A DNA stretch of 64,000 nt from positions 1-64,000 of the forward strand of contig JBAXWY010000010.1 of the NCBI GenBank assembly GCA_037128175.1, written 5' to 3'. A program made the translations under genes and the position numbers. Below the pieces are notes generated by a model, which saw nothing but the letters and a program-made list of their open reading frames with translations, was not told the DNA's origin and did not search any database. The DNA comes from Methanothrix sp. (GTDB lineage: Archaea; Halobacteriota; Methanosarcinia; Methanotrichales; Methanotrichaceae). Shown piece by piece: positions 1 to 9,700 of the stretch. Numbering within the stretch: position 1 is the first letter of the stretch; each line of letters opens with the position of its first letter.

Positions 1-50
1 GTCCTTTGGGACTTGGTTGGATAGATCCGGTACTTGTACGCCTTAAGCAT
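1..50 (-). CDS. tnpB: TnpB (IS200/IS605-family RNA-guided endonuclease), 5' end only; runs off the window edge
   Basis: Reverse complement from the ATG at 50 reads MLKAYKYRIYPTKSQR, a typical TnpB N-terminus. Too short for the ORF track. Confidence 0.75.
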   Translation of the reverse strand, partial: MLKAYKYRIYPTKSQR

Positions 51-114
51 AGAACTATGTTAAGCAGTTGATTGTAGTTAAGGATATTGGCGTAACGGGT
101 GGGGTACGATCCAT

Positions 115-134
115 CCCCGGCCTAAAGACCGGGG
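115..134. mobile_element. Subterminal hairpin of an IS200/IS605-family element (left end)
   Basis: CCCCGG-CCTAAAGA-CCGGGG hairpin about 65 nt upstream of the tnpB start; no tnpA lies between them. Confidence 0.6.
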
Positions 135-408
135 CGTTCTCTACCCCTGCACCCCACGCCTGTAAGCGACCAGGTCCAGATGCGCCCGAAAAAACCCGGA
201 CTGCGAAGAGCTGTCTCCAGCCAACGGCGCGGCGAGAAGATTTGCGCGCTTGGCAAGATCACGACAAGAGATGAGTGGATTTTAGCATGGGATGGACTTA
301 TTTTGCTGGAAAAATGCGTGACGCTCCTTTTTCTTCTCACCAGAACTGCGCCTTTTTGTACGCAAGCTTTATAAGCTAGAGTAAAGTCATTGAGTATATC
401 CCAAATGC

Positions 409-483
409 AGCGGGGTAGGGTAGTCAGGATATCCCGACGGGCTCATAACCCGTAGATCAGTAGTTCAAATCTACTCCCCGCTA
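409..483 (+). tRNA. tRNA-Met (initiator, CAT)
   Basis: AGCGGGG...CCCCGCT-A acceptor with A1:U72; anticodon arm ACGGG-CTCATAA-CCCGT; T-loop GTTCAAAT. TATA-like TTTATAAG at about 368-375. Confidence 0.95.
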
Positions 484-750
484 TAATTTTACCAAAAAAA
501 AAAAATGGGACCAACTTAACTTTTGGATTAGATTAAAATTTTTGCGTGCCAGTGACCACACCCTGGTGAAAGCCTGACCACGATCCTGGACCGACCAAAA
601 GGCAAACATCGCACTGCACTACCACTCAATAATTGCCTCTTTATCATTTCAACATTTGTATCTTATTCATACTTTATATTATGTAAAAATGGTCTAAGTA
701 TATCTTTTTACTGTAAAAGTTCTTAAACTTACACGTAGTAGTATTCCATC

Positions 751-981
751 ATGGCAGCAGTCTTAAAGCTACTAAGGCCTCGCAAGAGGGAGACATTGCA
801 GGGCACTTTCCGGAAAGGTGGACGAGCTTTCGAGCTGCAGGCAGCCAAGGAGATCCTGGCCGAGGTATTTGGTATCAGGGTCTCTGAGGTGGACAAGATG
901 ATCGCAAATCGCTTTTTAGATTGCCCTGAATGCCGGAAAGAAACGGGGCTATGGCCGCAGGAGTTCCAGCTGGAGGAGTGA
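751..981 (+). CDS. Small hypothetical protein with a CxxC motif
   Basis: 76-aa ATG ORF after an AT-rich promoter region; no recognisable family. Confidence 0.55.
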   Translation: MAAVLKLLRPRKRETLQGTFRKGGRAFELQAAKEILAEVFGIRVSEVDKMIANRFLDCPECRKETGLWPQEFQLEE

Positions 982-1072
982 GGTTCACCGAAAGTCGCAT
1001 GCCCACAGGATCTTTGAAGGTGGATATTAGATCAGGACGCGACAGTTCACACTAGAAGCGGAGATATACAAA

Positions 1073-1876
1073 ATGACTACTTTCGGATTCATCGGCACCG
1101 GCCATCTGGGAAGCATGCTGGTCAAGCAGTTCGTGGAGACTGGGGCCATCAAGGCGGAGCAGATCCTGGCCAGCAACCGGACAGCGGAAAAGGTGGAACG
1201 GCTGGCTGATGCTTTTGGCATCCGTCCGGTGAGCAATCGCGTTGTGGCAGAGCGTTCCGATGTGATCTTCATCTGCGTACGGCCTCTGGAGGTCAGAGAC
1301 GTACTCAGCGAAGTCGCCTACCTGCTCAATTCCCAGAAGCTGGTCGTCTCAGTGGCCGGGGATGTGTCGCTGGAAAAACTGCAGGGCCTCTGCCCGGCCC
1401 GCCTGGCTCGCGCCTTTCCCAGCATGGCCTCTCTGAAGCTGCAGGGCGTGACTCTTCTCGTCTTCGGGGATAATACAACTGCACAAGACCAGCGGCTTAT
1501 TGCCGGTCTTTTTAATGCCATCGGCCAGGCTGTAGAGGTCGAGGAGAAGGACTTTGCCGTGCTGGCCGATCTGACCAGCTCCGCTCCCGGCTACTTCGCA
1601 GCCCTCATGCGCGAGTTCGTGCTGGCAGCGGAAAGAAGGGGGATCTCGCCGGAGCTGGCGGAGCGCCTGGTCAAGCAGACCCTGCTCGGCACGGCCCTGC
1701 TCCTGGAGGAAGAGAGCTTTGCCGGACTGATCGAGAGCGTGGCCACGAAGGGAGGGATCACACAGGCAGGAGTGTTGGTCATCCAGCGCGAGGCACCCGG
1801 CATGTTCGACCAGCTTTTCCAGGCCACGGAGGATCGGCACGAGCAGGTCAGAAAGAAAATAAACGGACAGGGATAA
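1073..1876 (+). CDS. proC: Pyrroline-5-carboxylate reductase
   Basis: N-terminal GFIGTGHLG Rossmann motif; SSAPGY; C-terminal VATKGGIT motif. Confidence 0.9.
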   Translation: MTTFGFIGTGHLGSMLVKQFVETGAIKAEQILASNRTAEKVERLADAFGIRPVSNRVVAERSDVIFICVRPLEVRDVLSEVAYLLNSQKLVVSVAGDVSLEKLQGLCPARLARAFPSMASLKLQGVTLLVFGDNTTAQDQRLIAGLFNAIGQAVEVEEKDFAVLADLTSSAPGYFAALMREFVLAAERRGISPELAERLVKQTLLGTALLLEEESFAGLIESVATKGGITQAGVLVIQREAPGMFDQLFQATEDRHEQVRKKINGQG

Positions 1877-2082
1877 ATGAATTGGTAATATTTTTTAAAT
1901 TATATAATTTGTTAGTTTTTAACTATCACAACCATATCATTCGAAAGGTATAAATATCAAGCTTATCACTAACCACAAGTTAGTATTATCATGTAGGCAA
2001 TGCTCAGATGGCAATCAATCTCAGAGGAACAGACTAAAAAATTACTTAAGCTTAACATGTGCATACACCTTGGAGGATTTTG

Positions 2083-4239
2083 ATGGCAGGAGAAATCACA
2101 CTTAAAGTTATAGAAGCGCGTCCCACTGATGTCGGACGTGGCATCGCTCGCATAGATCCGGCCGTATTTAGCGAGATGGGCTGGCAGGCCGGAGACGTGG
2201 TCAGCATTCATGGAAAGAAGAAGACTGCGGCACTGCTCTGGCCCGGCTATCCCGAGGACATGGGAACGGGCATCGTGCGCCTGGACGGCAACACCCGCCG
2301 GAACGCGGGGGCAAGCATAGATGACAGGGTGCCTGTGAAGATAGCCCAGGCGGCACCGGCCGAATCGGTGACCTTTGCTCCCACCGTGCCCCTGCGCATT
2401 ACCGGCGCTGAGTCCTATCTGCAAAGATACATGGAAGGGCGGGTCATCACCCGAGGTGACATCATTGAGATCCCTGTCATGGGCAGAAAGATCGAGCTCA
2501 TGGCCACGCGCGTCTCTCCATCCCGAGAAGCGGCCGTGATCGGTGACAAGACCAGGATCGAAATGTCGGATAAGCCCGCCAAGGAAGAGAAAAAGGGGCC
2601 CCACATCAGCTACGAGGACATCGGCGGCCTGTCTGCCGAGATCAAGAAGGTGCGGGAGATGATTGAGCTGCCCATGAAGCACCCGGAGCTCTTCGAGCGG
2701 CTGGGCGTGGAAGCGCCCAAAGGCGTCTTGCTCTACGGCCCGCCCGGCACCGGCAAGACGTTGCTCGCCAAGGCTCTGGCCTCCGAGACCAATGCTCACT
2801 TCGAGACTCTGAGCGGCCCGGAGATCATGTCCAAGTACTACGGTGAGTCCGAGGAGAAACTACGCAGTCTCTTCAAGACAGCAGAGGAACAGGCGCCTTC
2901 CATCATCCTCATCGATGAGATCGACTCCATCGCTCCTAAGAGAGAAGAGGTGACGGGCGAGGTGGAGCGGCGCGTGGTGGCTCAGATGCTGGCCCTCATG
3001 GACGGCATGGAGACACGCGGCAAAGTGGTGGTCATCGGTGCGACCAATAGGCCCGACTCCCTGGACCCCGCCTTGCGGCGCCCGGGCAGATTCGACCGGG
3101 AGATTGAAATCGGCGTTCCCAACCGTCAATCCCGTCTGGAGGTTCTGCAGATCCACACCCGCAATATGCCTCTCGCCAAGGACGTGAACCAGGAGAAACT
3201 GGCTGATGTGACGCACGGCTTTGTGGGCGCTGATCTTGCGGCACTAGCACGCGAGGCAGGCATGCGCGCCATCCGGCGAGTTTTGCCTGAAATCGACCTG
3301 GAGGTTGAATCCATACCAGCCGAGACCCTGAATAAGATCGAGGTCAACAATGACGACTTCCTGGAGGCTCTCCGCGAGATGGAGCCTTCCGCCATGCGTG
3401 AGGTCATGGTGGAGTCACCCAATGTGCACTGGGATGATATCGGCGGTCTCTCCGATGTCAAGCAGCAGCTCATCGAGTCCGTGGAGTGGCCGCTCACCTA
3501 TGCCAAGCTCTTCACTCACATGGATGCCAAGGCCCCCAAGGGCATACTGCTCTACGGCCCGCCCGGCACTGGCAAGACCATGCTGGCCAAGGCGGTAGCA
3601 ACTGAAAGCCAGGCCAACTTCATCAGCATCAAGGGCCCGGAGTTTCTCAGCAAGTGGGTGGGCGAGTCCGAGAAGGCGGTGCGTGAGACCTTCAGGAAGG
3701 CCCGTCAGGCGGCACCTTCCGTGATCTTCCTGGATGAGATCGACTCCATAGCCCCGGCGCGGGGCGGATCGACCAGCGATTCGCACGTCACGGAGCGCGT
3801 CATATCGCAGATCCTGACTGAACTTGACGGCCTGGAGTCTCTGAACAGCGTCATGGTGATTGCGGCCACCAACCGGCCGGACATCATCGATTCGGCGCTC
3901 CTCCGACCAGGGCGCTTTGACCGGCTCATCGAGATCGGTCTGCCGGATGAGCTGGCCCGCCTGGAGATCCTGAAGATCCACACCGCCAAAAAGCCCCTGG
4001 CCGATGATGTCAAGATCGATGATCTGGCTAAGAGGACCGCGGAGTTCTCCGGAGCCGATCTGGGTGCACTGGTAGGTGAAGCGGTAATGCTGGCCATCCG
4101 GGAGTGCGTCCTGGGCGGAAAGGCCAAGGCTGATGCGCAGTTCTGCGAGTACAAACTGGAAAACAAGCACTTTGAAGCGGCCTTGAAGACGGTCAAGCCC
4201 ACCGCCTCCGATGCGGACATCTACAAGAGGTTTGCCTGA
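2083..4239 (+). CDS. cdc48: CDC48/VCP-family AAA+ ATPase
   Basis: N-domain [10 protein letters not shown]; two AAA modules with GPPGTGKT Walker A, DEIDSIAP Walker B and [26 protein letters not shown] before the ATG at 2083. Confidence 0.95.
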   Translation: MAGEITLKVIEARPTDVGRGIARIDPAVFSEMGWQAGDVVSIHGKKKTAALLWPGYPEDMGTGIVRLDGNTRRNAGASIDDRVPVKIAQAAPAESVTFAPTVPLRITGAESYLQRYMEGRVITRGDIIEIPVMGRKIELMATRVSPSREAAVIGDKTRIEMSDKPAKEEKKGPHISYEDIGGLSAEIKKVREMIELPMKHPELFERLGVEAPKGVLLYGPPGTGKTLLAKALASETNAHFETLSGPEIMSKYYGESEEKLRSLFKTAEEQAPSIILIDEIDSIAPKREEVTGEVERRVVAQMLALMDGMETRGKVVVIGATNRPDSLDPALRRPGRFDREIEIGVPNRQSRLEVLQIHTRNMPLAKDVNQEKLADVTHGFVGADLAALAREAGMRAIRRVLPEIDLEVESIPAETLNKIEVNNDDFLEALREMEPSAMREVMVESPNVHWDDIGGLSDVKQQLIESVEWPLTYAKLFTHMDAKAPKGILLYGPPGTGKTMLAKAVATESQANFISIKGPEFLSKWVGESEKAVRETFRKARQAAPSVIFLDEIDSIAPARGGSTSDSHVTERVISQILTELDGLESLNSVMVIAATNRPDIIDSALLRPGRFDRLIEIGLPDELARLEILKIHTAKKPLADDVKIDDLAKRTAEFSGADLGALVGEAVMLAIRECVLGGKAKADAQFCEYKLENKHFEAALKTVKPTASDADIYKRFA

Positions 4240-4266
4240 GCCAAGACGTTATCCTAGGACAAGCCT

Positions 4267-4320
4267 GGACCTTAGGCAGGAAATTCCCTGCTTAAGGTCC
4301 TGGCCAGATTTTTTTTTATT
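4267..4320 (+). terminator. Hairpin plus T-tract after cdc48
   Basis: GGACCTTAGGCAGG-AAATTC-CCTGCTTAAGGTCC followed by a T-rich run. Confidence 0.6.
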
Positions 4321-4376
4321 ATTATAATAATAACCACGAAGCGCAAAAAGTTCACAAAGGGCAACTCTTTTACTCC

Positions 4377-4688
4377 ATGATCCCCTTTGCCAAGGCAGGA
4401 GATCTGGTGGGCGTGCAGGTGGACACCAGCCGCACGCCGGATCTCGTTCCTACTATCGCCGTGGAGCTTTCGAAAATGAGCGCAGACATCCCGGGAGCGG
4501 CCGGACGGGCGCGTGCGAGCGCGGGCGGAAAGCTGCACGGGGCCGGCGGGCATGGCCAGGAGCGCGGGATTGTCATGGCGCTGACGGTGGCGGGATTGGT
4601 GGCAGGCGGGACGCGGGTCGAAAGGTCGGAGGCGGTGGATGTGTCCTATCCTGGATTCATCCAGCTGATGGCAGGGGGCGAGGGTTAA
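4377..4688 (+). pseudogene. aroA: Degenerate 3' fragment of EPSP synthase (copy A)
   Basis: PDLVPTIAV|ELSKM..GGKLHGA..IVMALTVAGL..VDVSYPGF matches the AroA C-terminus, with an internal deletion and loss of the DHR motif. Confidence 0.7.
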
Positions 4689-4804
4689 TGTTGTGTGAAA
4701 GGGGCACGTTAAGGATCTTCGCTATTTATTTTTAAACGCAATACCTCGCAGCTTGCTGCGCTGGTGAACCGCCGCCGTTTCACTCCTCGTTACTCAGATT
4801 TACT

Positions 4805-4948
4805 GTGATCGTTGCCCTCGATCACGAGGCCCGCCTGCACGATGATCTTTTCAGGTCCATGCTGGAGGAGCTGATGATCGGAAGGCTGGCGGCGGGGAGA
4901 TTGTGGACAAAAGATCTTGAAGGAGCAGTGTCCAGGAGAGAAGATTGA
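4805..4948 (+). pseudogene. Possible C-terminal remnant of a type I R-M specificity subunit (HsdS-like)
   Basis: Frame reads ALDHEARLHDDLFRSMLEELMIGRL, resembling the HsdS terminal helix (LFxxxLxxLMTGxL). Confidence 0.35.
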
Positions 4949-4993
4949 ATAGCAAGAAGTTGAAATATATAGATTCTACACGAAGGAGGAGAC

Positions 4994-5191
4994 TTGAGCA
5001 TGAGTGCCAGTGAGACCATTGAATGTGTATACGAAGGCGGCGTCTTCAAACCGATGGAAAATGTAAAGCTAGAGGAAGGCACCAAGCTAAAGATCAAAAT
5101 TGAAAAGGTAGATCTTTCGAAATACTACGGCATGTTTGGCAAAGCTTCTGCAGAGAGGCTCGAAGAGCTTGAGGGCGAGGTCTACCTGTGA
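4994..5191 (+). CDS. AF2212/DUF104-family antitoxin
   Basis: TIECVYEGGVFKPMENVKLEEG signature. Confidence 0.8.
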   Translation: MSMSASETIECVYEGGVFKPMENVKLEEGTKLKIKIEKVDLSKYYGMFGKASAERLEELEGEVYL

Positions 5192-5253
5192 TATTTATTG
5201 ACACTAATGTATTTTATAATGCCTTCTTTGACACAAAATTTTCTAACTTTTAA
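5188..5253 (+). pseudogene. Truncated PIN/VapC toxin (21 codons)
   Basis: GTG start overlapping the antitoxin stop; VIFIDTNVFYNAF carries the PIN N-terminal DTN motif, then TAA. Confidence 0.65.
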
Positions 5254-5305
5254 AAGCGACCCATTTATCTTCTCACATCCTTGGTTTTAATTAAGCCTGG
5301 ATGTA

Positions 5306-5539
5306 CTAGGCATGAGCCTCCACAGTCACCCTGCACTCGATGAGGTCGTCCTCCACGGGGACGAGCTCGCCATCCTCAATGAGGCTCTCCACGTAACCCG
5401 TGATTGCGTCCCTGGACATCTCGATGGCCTCTTCCACCGTCTTTCCGAAAGTCACGCATCCGGGAAGGGCCGGGACCAGCACAGTGTAGCCGCCTTCGGG
5501 CTCTTTTCTGAGGGTGATTCGATAGCCGAGAGTCCTCAT
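5306..5539 (-). CDS. hicB: HicB-family antitoxin (orphan; hicA lost)
   Basis: EPEGGYTVLVPALPGCVTFGKTVEEA. The overlapping downstream frame (MPSTSRLN*) stops after 8 codons. Confidence 0.85.
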   Translation of the reverse strand: MRTLGYRITLRKEPEGGYTVLVPALPGCVTFGKTVEEAIEMSRDAITGYVESLIEDGELVPVEDDLIECRVTVEAHA

Positions 5540-5595
5540 AGTAAGCACAAACTACAGATAACGAAATATAACTGGCGGCCATCGCCTGGGCTTTG

Positions 5596-5735
5596 CCTGG
5601 GTAGCCTTTCGATCAGGTCAAGGGTCGTGCCTGCCCTGGCCGGGAGCGGCCGGACGGGCCCGTGCGAGCGCGGGCGGAAAGCTACACTGGGCCGGGCGGG
5701 CACGGCCAAGAGCGCGGGATCATCATGGCGCTGAT
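5596..5735 (+). repeat. aroA-derived GC-rich repeat, copy B
   Basis: Core CCGGGAGCGGCCGGACGGGCCCGTGCGAGCGCGGGCGGAAAGCT at 5640-5683 is near-identical to 4491-4534 and 6446-6489. Confidence 0.85.
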
Positions 5736-5789
5736 GATAGAAAAGAGCGTTAAAAAAATGGTTTTATCAGGGCCGTTTGTCATCCGTCT

Positions 5790-6296
5790 TCAAACATAGA
5801 TTCTATCTTTTCCATCAAATGCAGGCATAAAGAAAACCATGATCTGGAAGGTATCATTTTCCGCAGCCCGATAATCATGCACATTGAACGGTGGAATATA
5901 GATCAAATCCCCGGCTTTGACGGGATAATCCTCGCCGTTCATAGTCAAATTCGCCTGGCCCTTGACCACGTAATCGATCTCATCCGTGGCACTGTGGTAA
6001 TGCGCTCCGGAATTGCTGTCCGGCATATACAGGGTCATGTTGACGCTGGCGTTCTTTCCGGAAATGACTTCTTTTCTCAAATAACCGAGTTTGGGATCAA
6101 TGTGATTTTCTTCTGCGATTTGGAAGATGTTCACCATGGAAAACTGGTCGCCTGAGGGGATGCTCGAATTTATCTGTTCGGAGCCATTTGCAGATGCATT
6201 GCCGGATGCAAGCGGCTTGCCTGCTTCTTGCTGCCCAAGAGCTGGCGAAATGACGAAGCAGAACGCCAGGATCAATAATAATGCATTTTGTTTCAT
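5790..6296 (-). CDS. Secreted cupin-domain protein
   Basis: Signal peptide MKQNALLLILAFCFVISPALG; cupin motifs HYHSATDEIDYVVKG and GDLIYIPPFNVH. Confidence 0.8.
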   Translation of the reverse strand: MKQNALLLILAFCFVISPALGQQEAGKPLASGNASANGSEQINSSIPSGDQFSMVNIFQIAEENHIDPKLGYLRKEVISGKNASVNMTLYMPDSNSGAHYHSATDEIDYVVKGQANLTMNGEDYPVKAGDLIYIPPFNVHDYRAAENDTFQIMVFFMPAFDGKDRIYV

Positions 6297-6380
6297 GGTA
6301 GTACGAGAGGCAGATCTTCGGCAATAAACTTTTACATGCATTGTTTTTGTAGTCTCGACTGATGGCAATTTTCTAAAAGC

Positions 6381-6647
6381 ATGGGCAACCCTTCGATCAG
6401 CTCGAAGATCGTGCCCTCGTCGAAGAGCTGGCCCGCATGGCCGGGCCGGGAGCGGCCGGACGGGCCCGTGCGAGCGCGGGCGGAAAGCTGCACGGGGCCG
6501 GACGTGCACGGTCAAGAGCGGCGGAATTGTCATGGCCGGACGGTGGCGGGCTTTGTGGCCGGGGAGACGAAGATCGACATGTTGGGGGCAGGGGATGCGA
6601 GCTATCCGGGATTCTTCCAGGAGATGCCTGGGGGACCGGTAGCCTGA
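6381..6647 (+). pseudogene. aroA: Degenerate aroA 3' fragment / repeat, copy C
   Basis: Same 44-nt core at 6446-6489. Shifted frames give GGKLHGA and VAGFVAGETKI..ASYPGFFQEM. Confidence 0.7.
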
Positions 6648-6743
6648 AGGACTCGTTCTCAAGAGATCGGTGTCCCTAGTCCTCAGTCAGAAAAGAAAGG
6701 AGTAGTCTTATTACCATCGAGTGGAAACTACAAAGACACCCAA

Positions 6744-9700
6744 ATGGACCGCGGAGAATCGATGAGTAGGAAGTTTGAGTATGACGTTTTCCTGAGCCAC
6801 AACAAGGCCGATAAGCCACGTGTACGGATGCTGGCGGAACGGATGCGGACTGCGGGGCTACGCGTTTGGCTAGATGAATGGATCATCCAGCCGGGTGACG
6901 ACATTTATCTGGCTGTCGAGCGTGGGCTAGAAGCAGCGCGCACACTGGTGTTATGTTTGTCGCCAGCGGCGCTAGGATCGGATTGGGTGACGCTGGAGAG
7001 AAGCACAGCACTTTTTCGCGATCCGTCAAATATTGGGCGGCGCTTCATCCCGTTACTCCTTGACGATTGCGAAATCCCGGACACTCTGAGGCGTTACAAA
7101 TATGTGGATTATCGAAACGAAACTCAGACCGTCTTCGATCAATTGCTAGCGAGTTTGAGAGCCCAAGAACAGAGTGCGACGGCAAACTATGCTTCGGAGA
7201 CACCCCTGATTCCTCCAGTAAAGCCTGAGCAGGAGATTCAATGGGAGTACGCCGATGAAGCGGTGCGAAAGAACCTGCCGCCTGGTGTGAAGCTCGTGCG
7301 AACGCTGCGGGGGCATACGGGCGTGATCGGGCGCATCGCCTGGTCGCCTGACGGGCATATCCTGGCGTCACCGTCGGCAGACAAGACAATCCGGCTGTGG
7401 GATGCCGATACGGGCCAATGCTTGCGCAAGCTAGAAGGGCACCAAAGCAGTGTCTGGAGCGTCGCATTTGATCCGTTCCGAGGCATCTTAGCCAGTGGAA
7501 GTAATGACAAAACAGTCAAGCTGTGGGACCCAGCTAGCGGCAAACTCCTTCACACGCTCAAAGGGCACCAAAGCGATGTCGTGAGCGTCGCATTCGATCC
7601 AGCAGGCACCATCCTGGCCAGCGGGAGTCACGATAAGACGATCAAATTTTGGGGTCCGACCAGCGGCAGATTGTTCCGCACGCTGGAAGGGCATAACAAA
7701 TCGGTCGATAGCATCGCATTCGATCCAGCAGGCACCATCCTGGCCAGCGTTAGTGATGAATCTGACATCAAGCTGTGGGATGTAGACCGTGGCAAGATCT
7801 CTCGCACCATTAAGCAATCATGCGGCTTTGGCTTGCATTTAGCCTTCGATCCGTTTGACAATCGCATTGCCATTGGGAAAATAGATAAAACAATCGATCT
7901 TCGGAAAAACTCAACAGGTCGATTGCTTCAGACTCTAGAAGGACACCTCGGAGCAGTAAACTGCGTGGCATTTTCGCCCCGAAGTAGACTGCTTGCTTCC
8001 AGGGGCTTTGGTCATAAAGAAATCTTCGTATGGAGAACCGATACCAATGCATGCGTCACCAAGATTGAACTTGGGCTATCTTCAGTGAGTTATGCCATTT
8101 CTGGTCTCGCTTTTCATCCCACACGATCCTGGATTGCCTTTGCTGATTCGGATCCAAGCGTGCTGAAAATCGAGGACGGCAATTATGTAGATAAAAAGGA
8201 GAACGACCATGTTATCTACATTTTTGAACTAGACCTCGGCGTACTTCTCGGCCAAGTGGCAGAATCAAGCGCGCACTACGTCAATGCCAAGGTAGTACTG
8301 GTGGGCGACACCGGTGTGGGCAAGACTGGCCTGAGCCTGGTGCTGAACAACCAGCCATTTGGAGATCCGGGTTCCACTCCGGGAAGGCGTGTCTGGACGT
8401 TAGATTCGCAGGAGGTGAAAGTCGAAGGCGGAATAACACAGACTCGCGAGACGCTGTTGTGGGACTTGGCCGGCCAGCCGGGATATCGAGTCATCCATCA
8501 GTTGCACCTCAACGAAGTGGCTGTTGCCCTCGTGGTCTTTGATGCCCGCAGCGAGATCGATCCCCTGGCTGGCGTCCGTCACTGGGAACGTGCCTTGCGC
8601 CTGGCGCAGCAGCGTCAGGGAACTTCAGGCGTGCCCATGAAAAAGTTTCTGGTCTCCGCACGCAATGATCGTGGCGGTGTGTCCATCAGCGAGGAGCGAA
8701 TGCTGGCGATCCTCAAAGAATTTGGCTTTGACGGTTATTTCAAGACCAGTGCCATGGAAGGCTGGCAGATCAACGAATTGCGCTCTGCCATTGAACAGGC
8801 GATTCCCTGGGAAGAGCTGCCAGAGGTTTCGTCTTCGCAGTTGTTCGCCGACATCAAGTCATTCCTGCTTGAGGTCAAGAAGACTGGGCAGCTCCTGGCG
8901 CCGGCCAGTCAGCTTCATGCCGAGTTTGCCTGTGATCATCCCGACACGGCGACAAAAGTGGCGAACCTTCGGGACCAGTTTGACACGTGCATCGGGCGGC
9001 TGGAAAATCGCGATTTAATTCGCCGACTGAGCTTCGGCTGCTATGTGCTTCTCCAATCTGAGTTGTTGGACGCCTACGCCTCTGCAATGGTCAACACTGC
9101 CAAGCAGGAGCCGGACGGCCTCGGTTCGCTGGCGGAAGAAATCGCCCTAGCTGGCAAGTTCTTCGTTCCAGAGGAGCAGAAGGTCAAGGACCCCGGCCAG
9201 GAGCAGTTGCTGTTGCATGCGACCGTGGAGGAACTCGTCCAGCACGACCTGGCACTTCGGGAGAATGCAGACGATGGCCGCTATCTGGTCTTTCCGTCGC
9301 AGTTTAACAGAGACTATGAGGATGCACCCGAACCGAAAGGCAAGGCCCTGGCGATCACCTTTGATGGACCAGTGCAGAGCCTTTACGCGACACTGGCGGT
9401 ACGATTAGGTCACAGTGGATTGTTCACCACAGGCCGAGCAGAGATGTGGCGAAACGCGGCTGTGTTCACCGCTATTGCTGGCGGAAAGTGCGGGCTTTTC
9501 CTTAATGAATTCGCCGAGGCTCGCGGCCGTTTGATTCTCTTCTTTGATGAAGATGCCAGCCCAGAGACACGATTCCACTTCGAGGAATTTGTCCTGGCCC
9601 ATGCCAAGAGGCGAGCGTTAGATGGAACTGTGGACCTTGTACGGTTCTTTGTATGCTCCACCGGTCACCCTGTGCCTGACGACTACGTGAAGCTTCTATT

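Noticed and set aside
1969-4220. Long antisense ORFs over cdc48, and similar ones over other GC-rich genes
   Set aside because: They are shadow ORFs of well-supported genes and carry no motifs.
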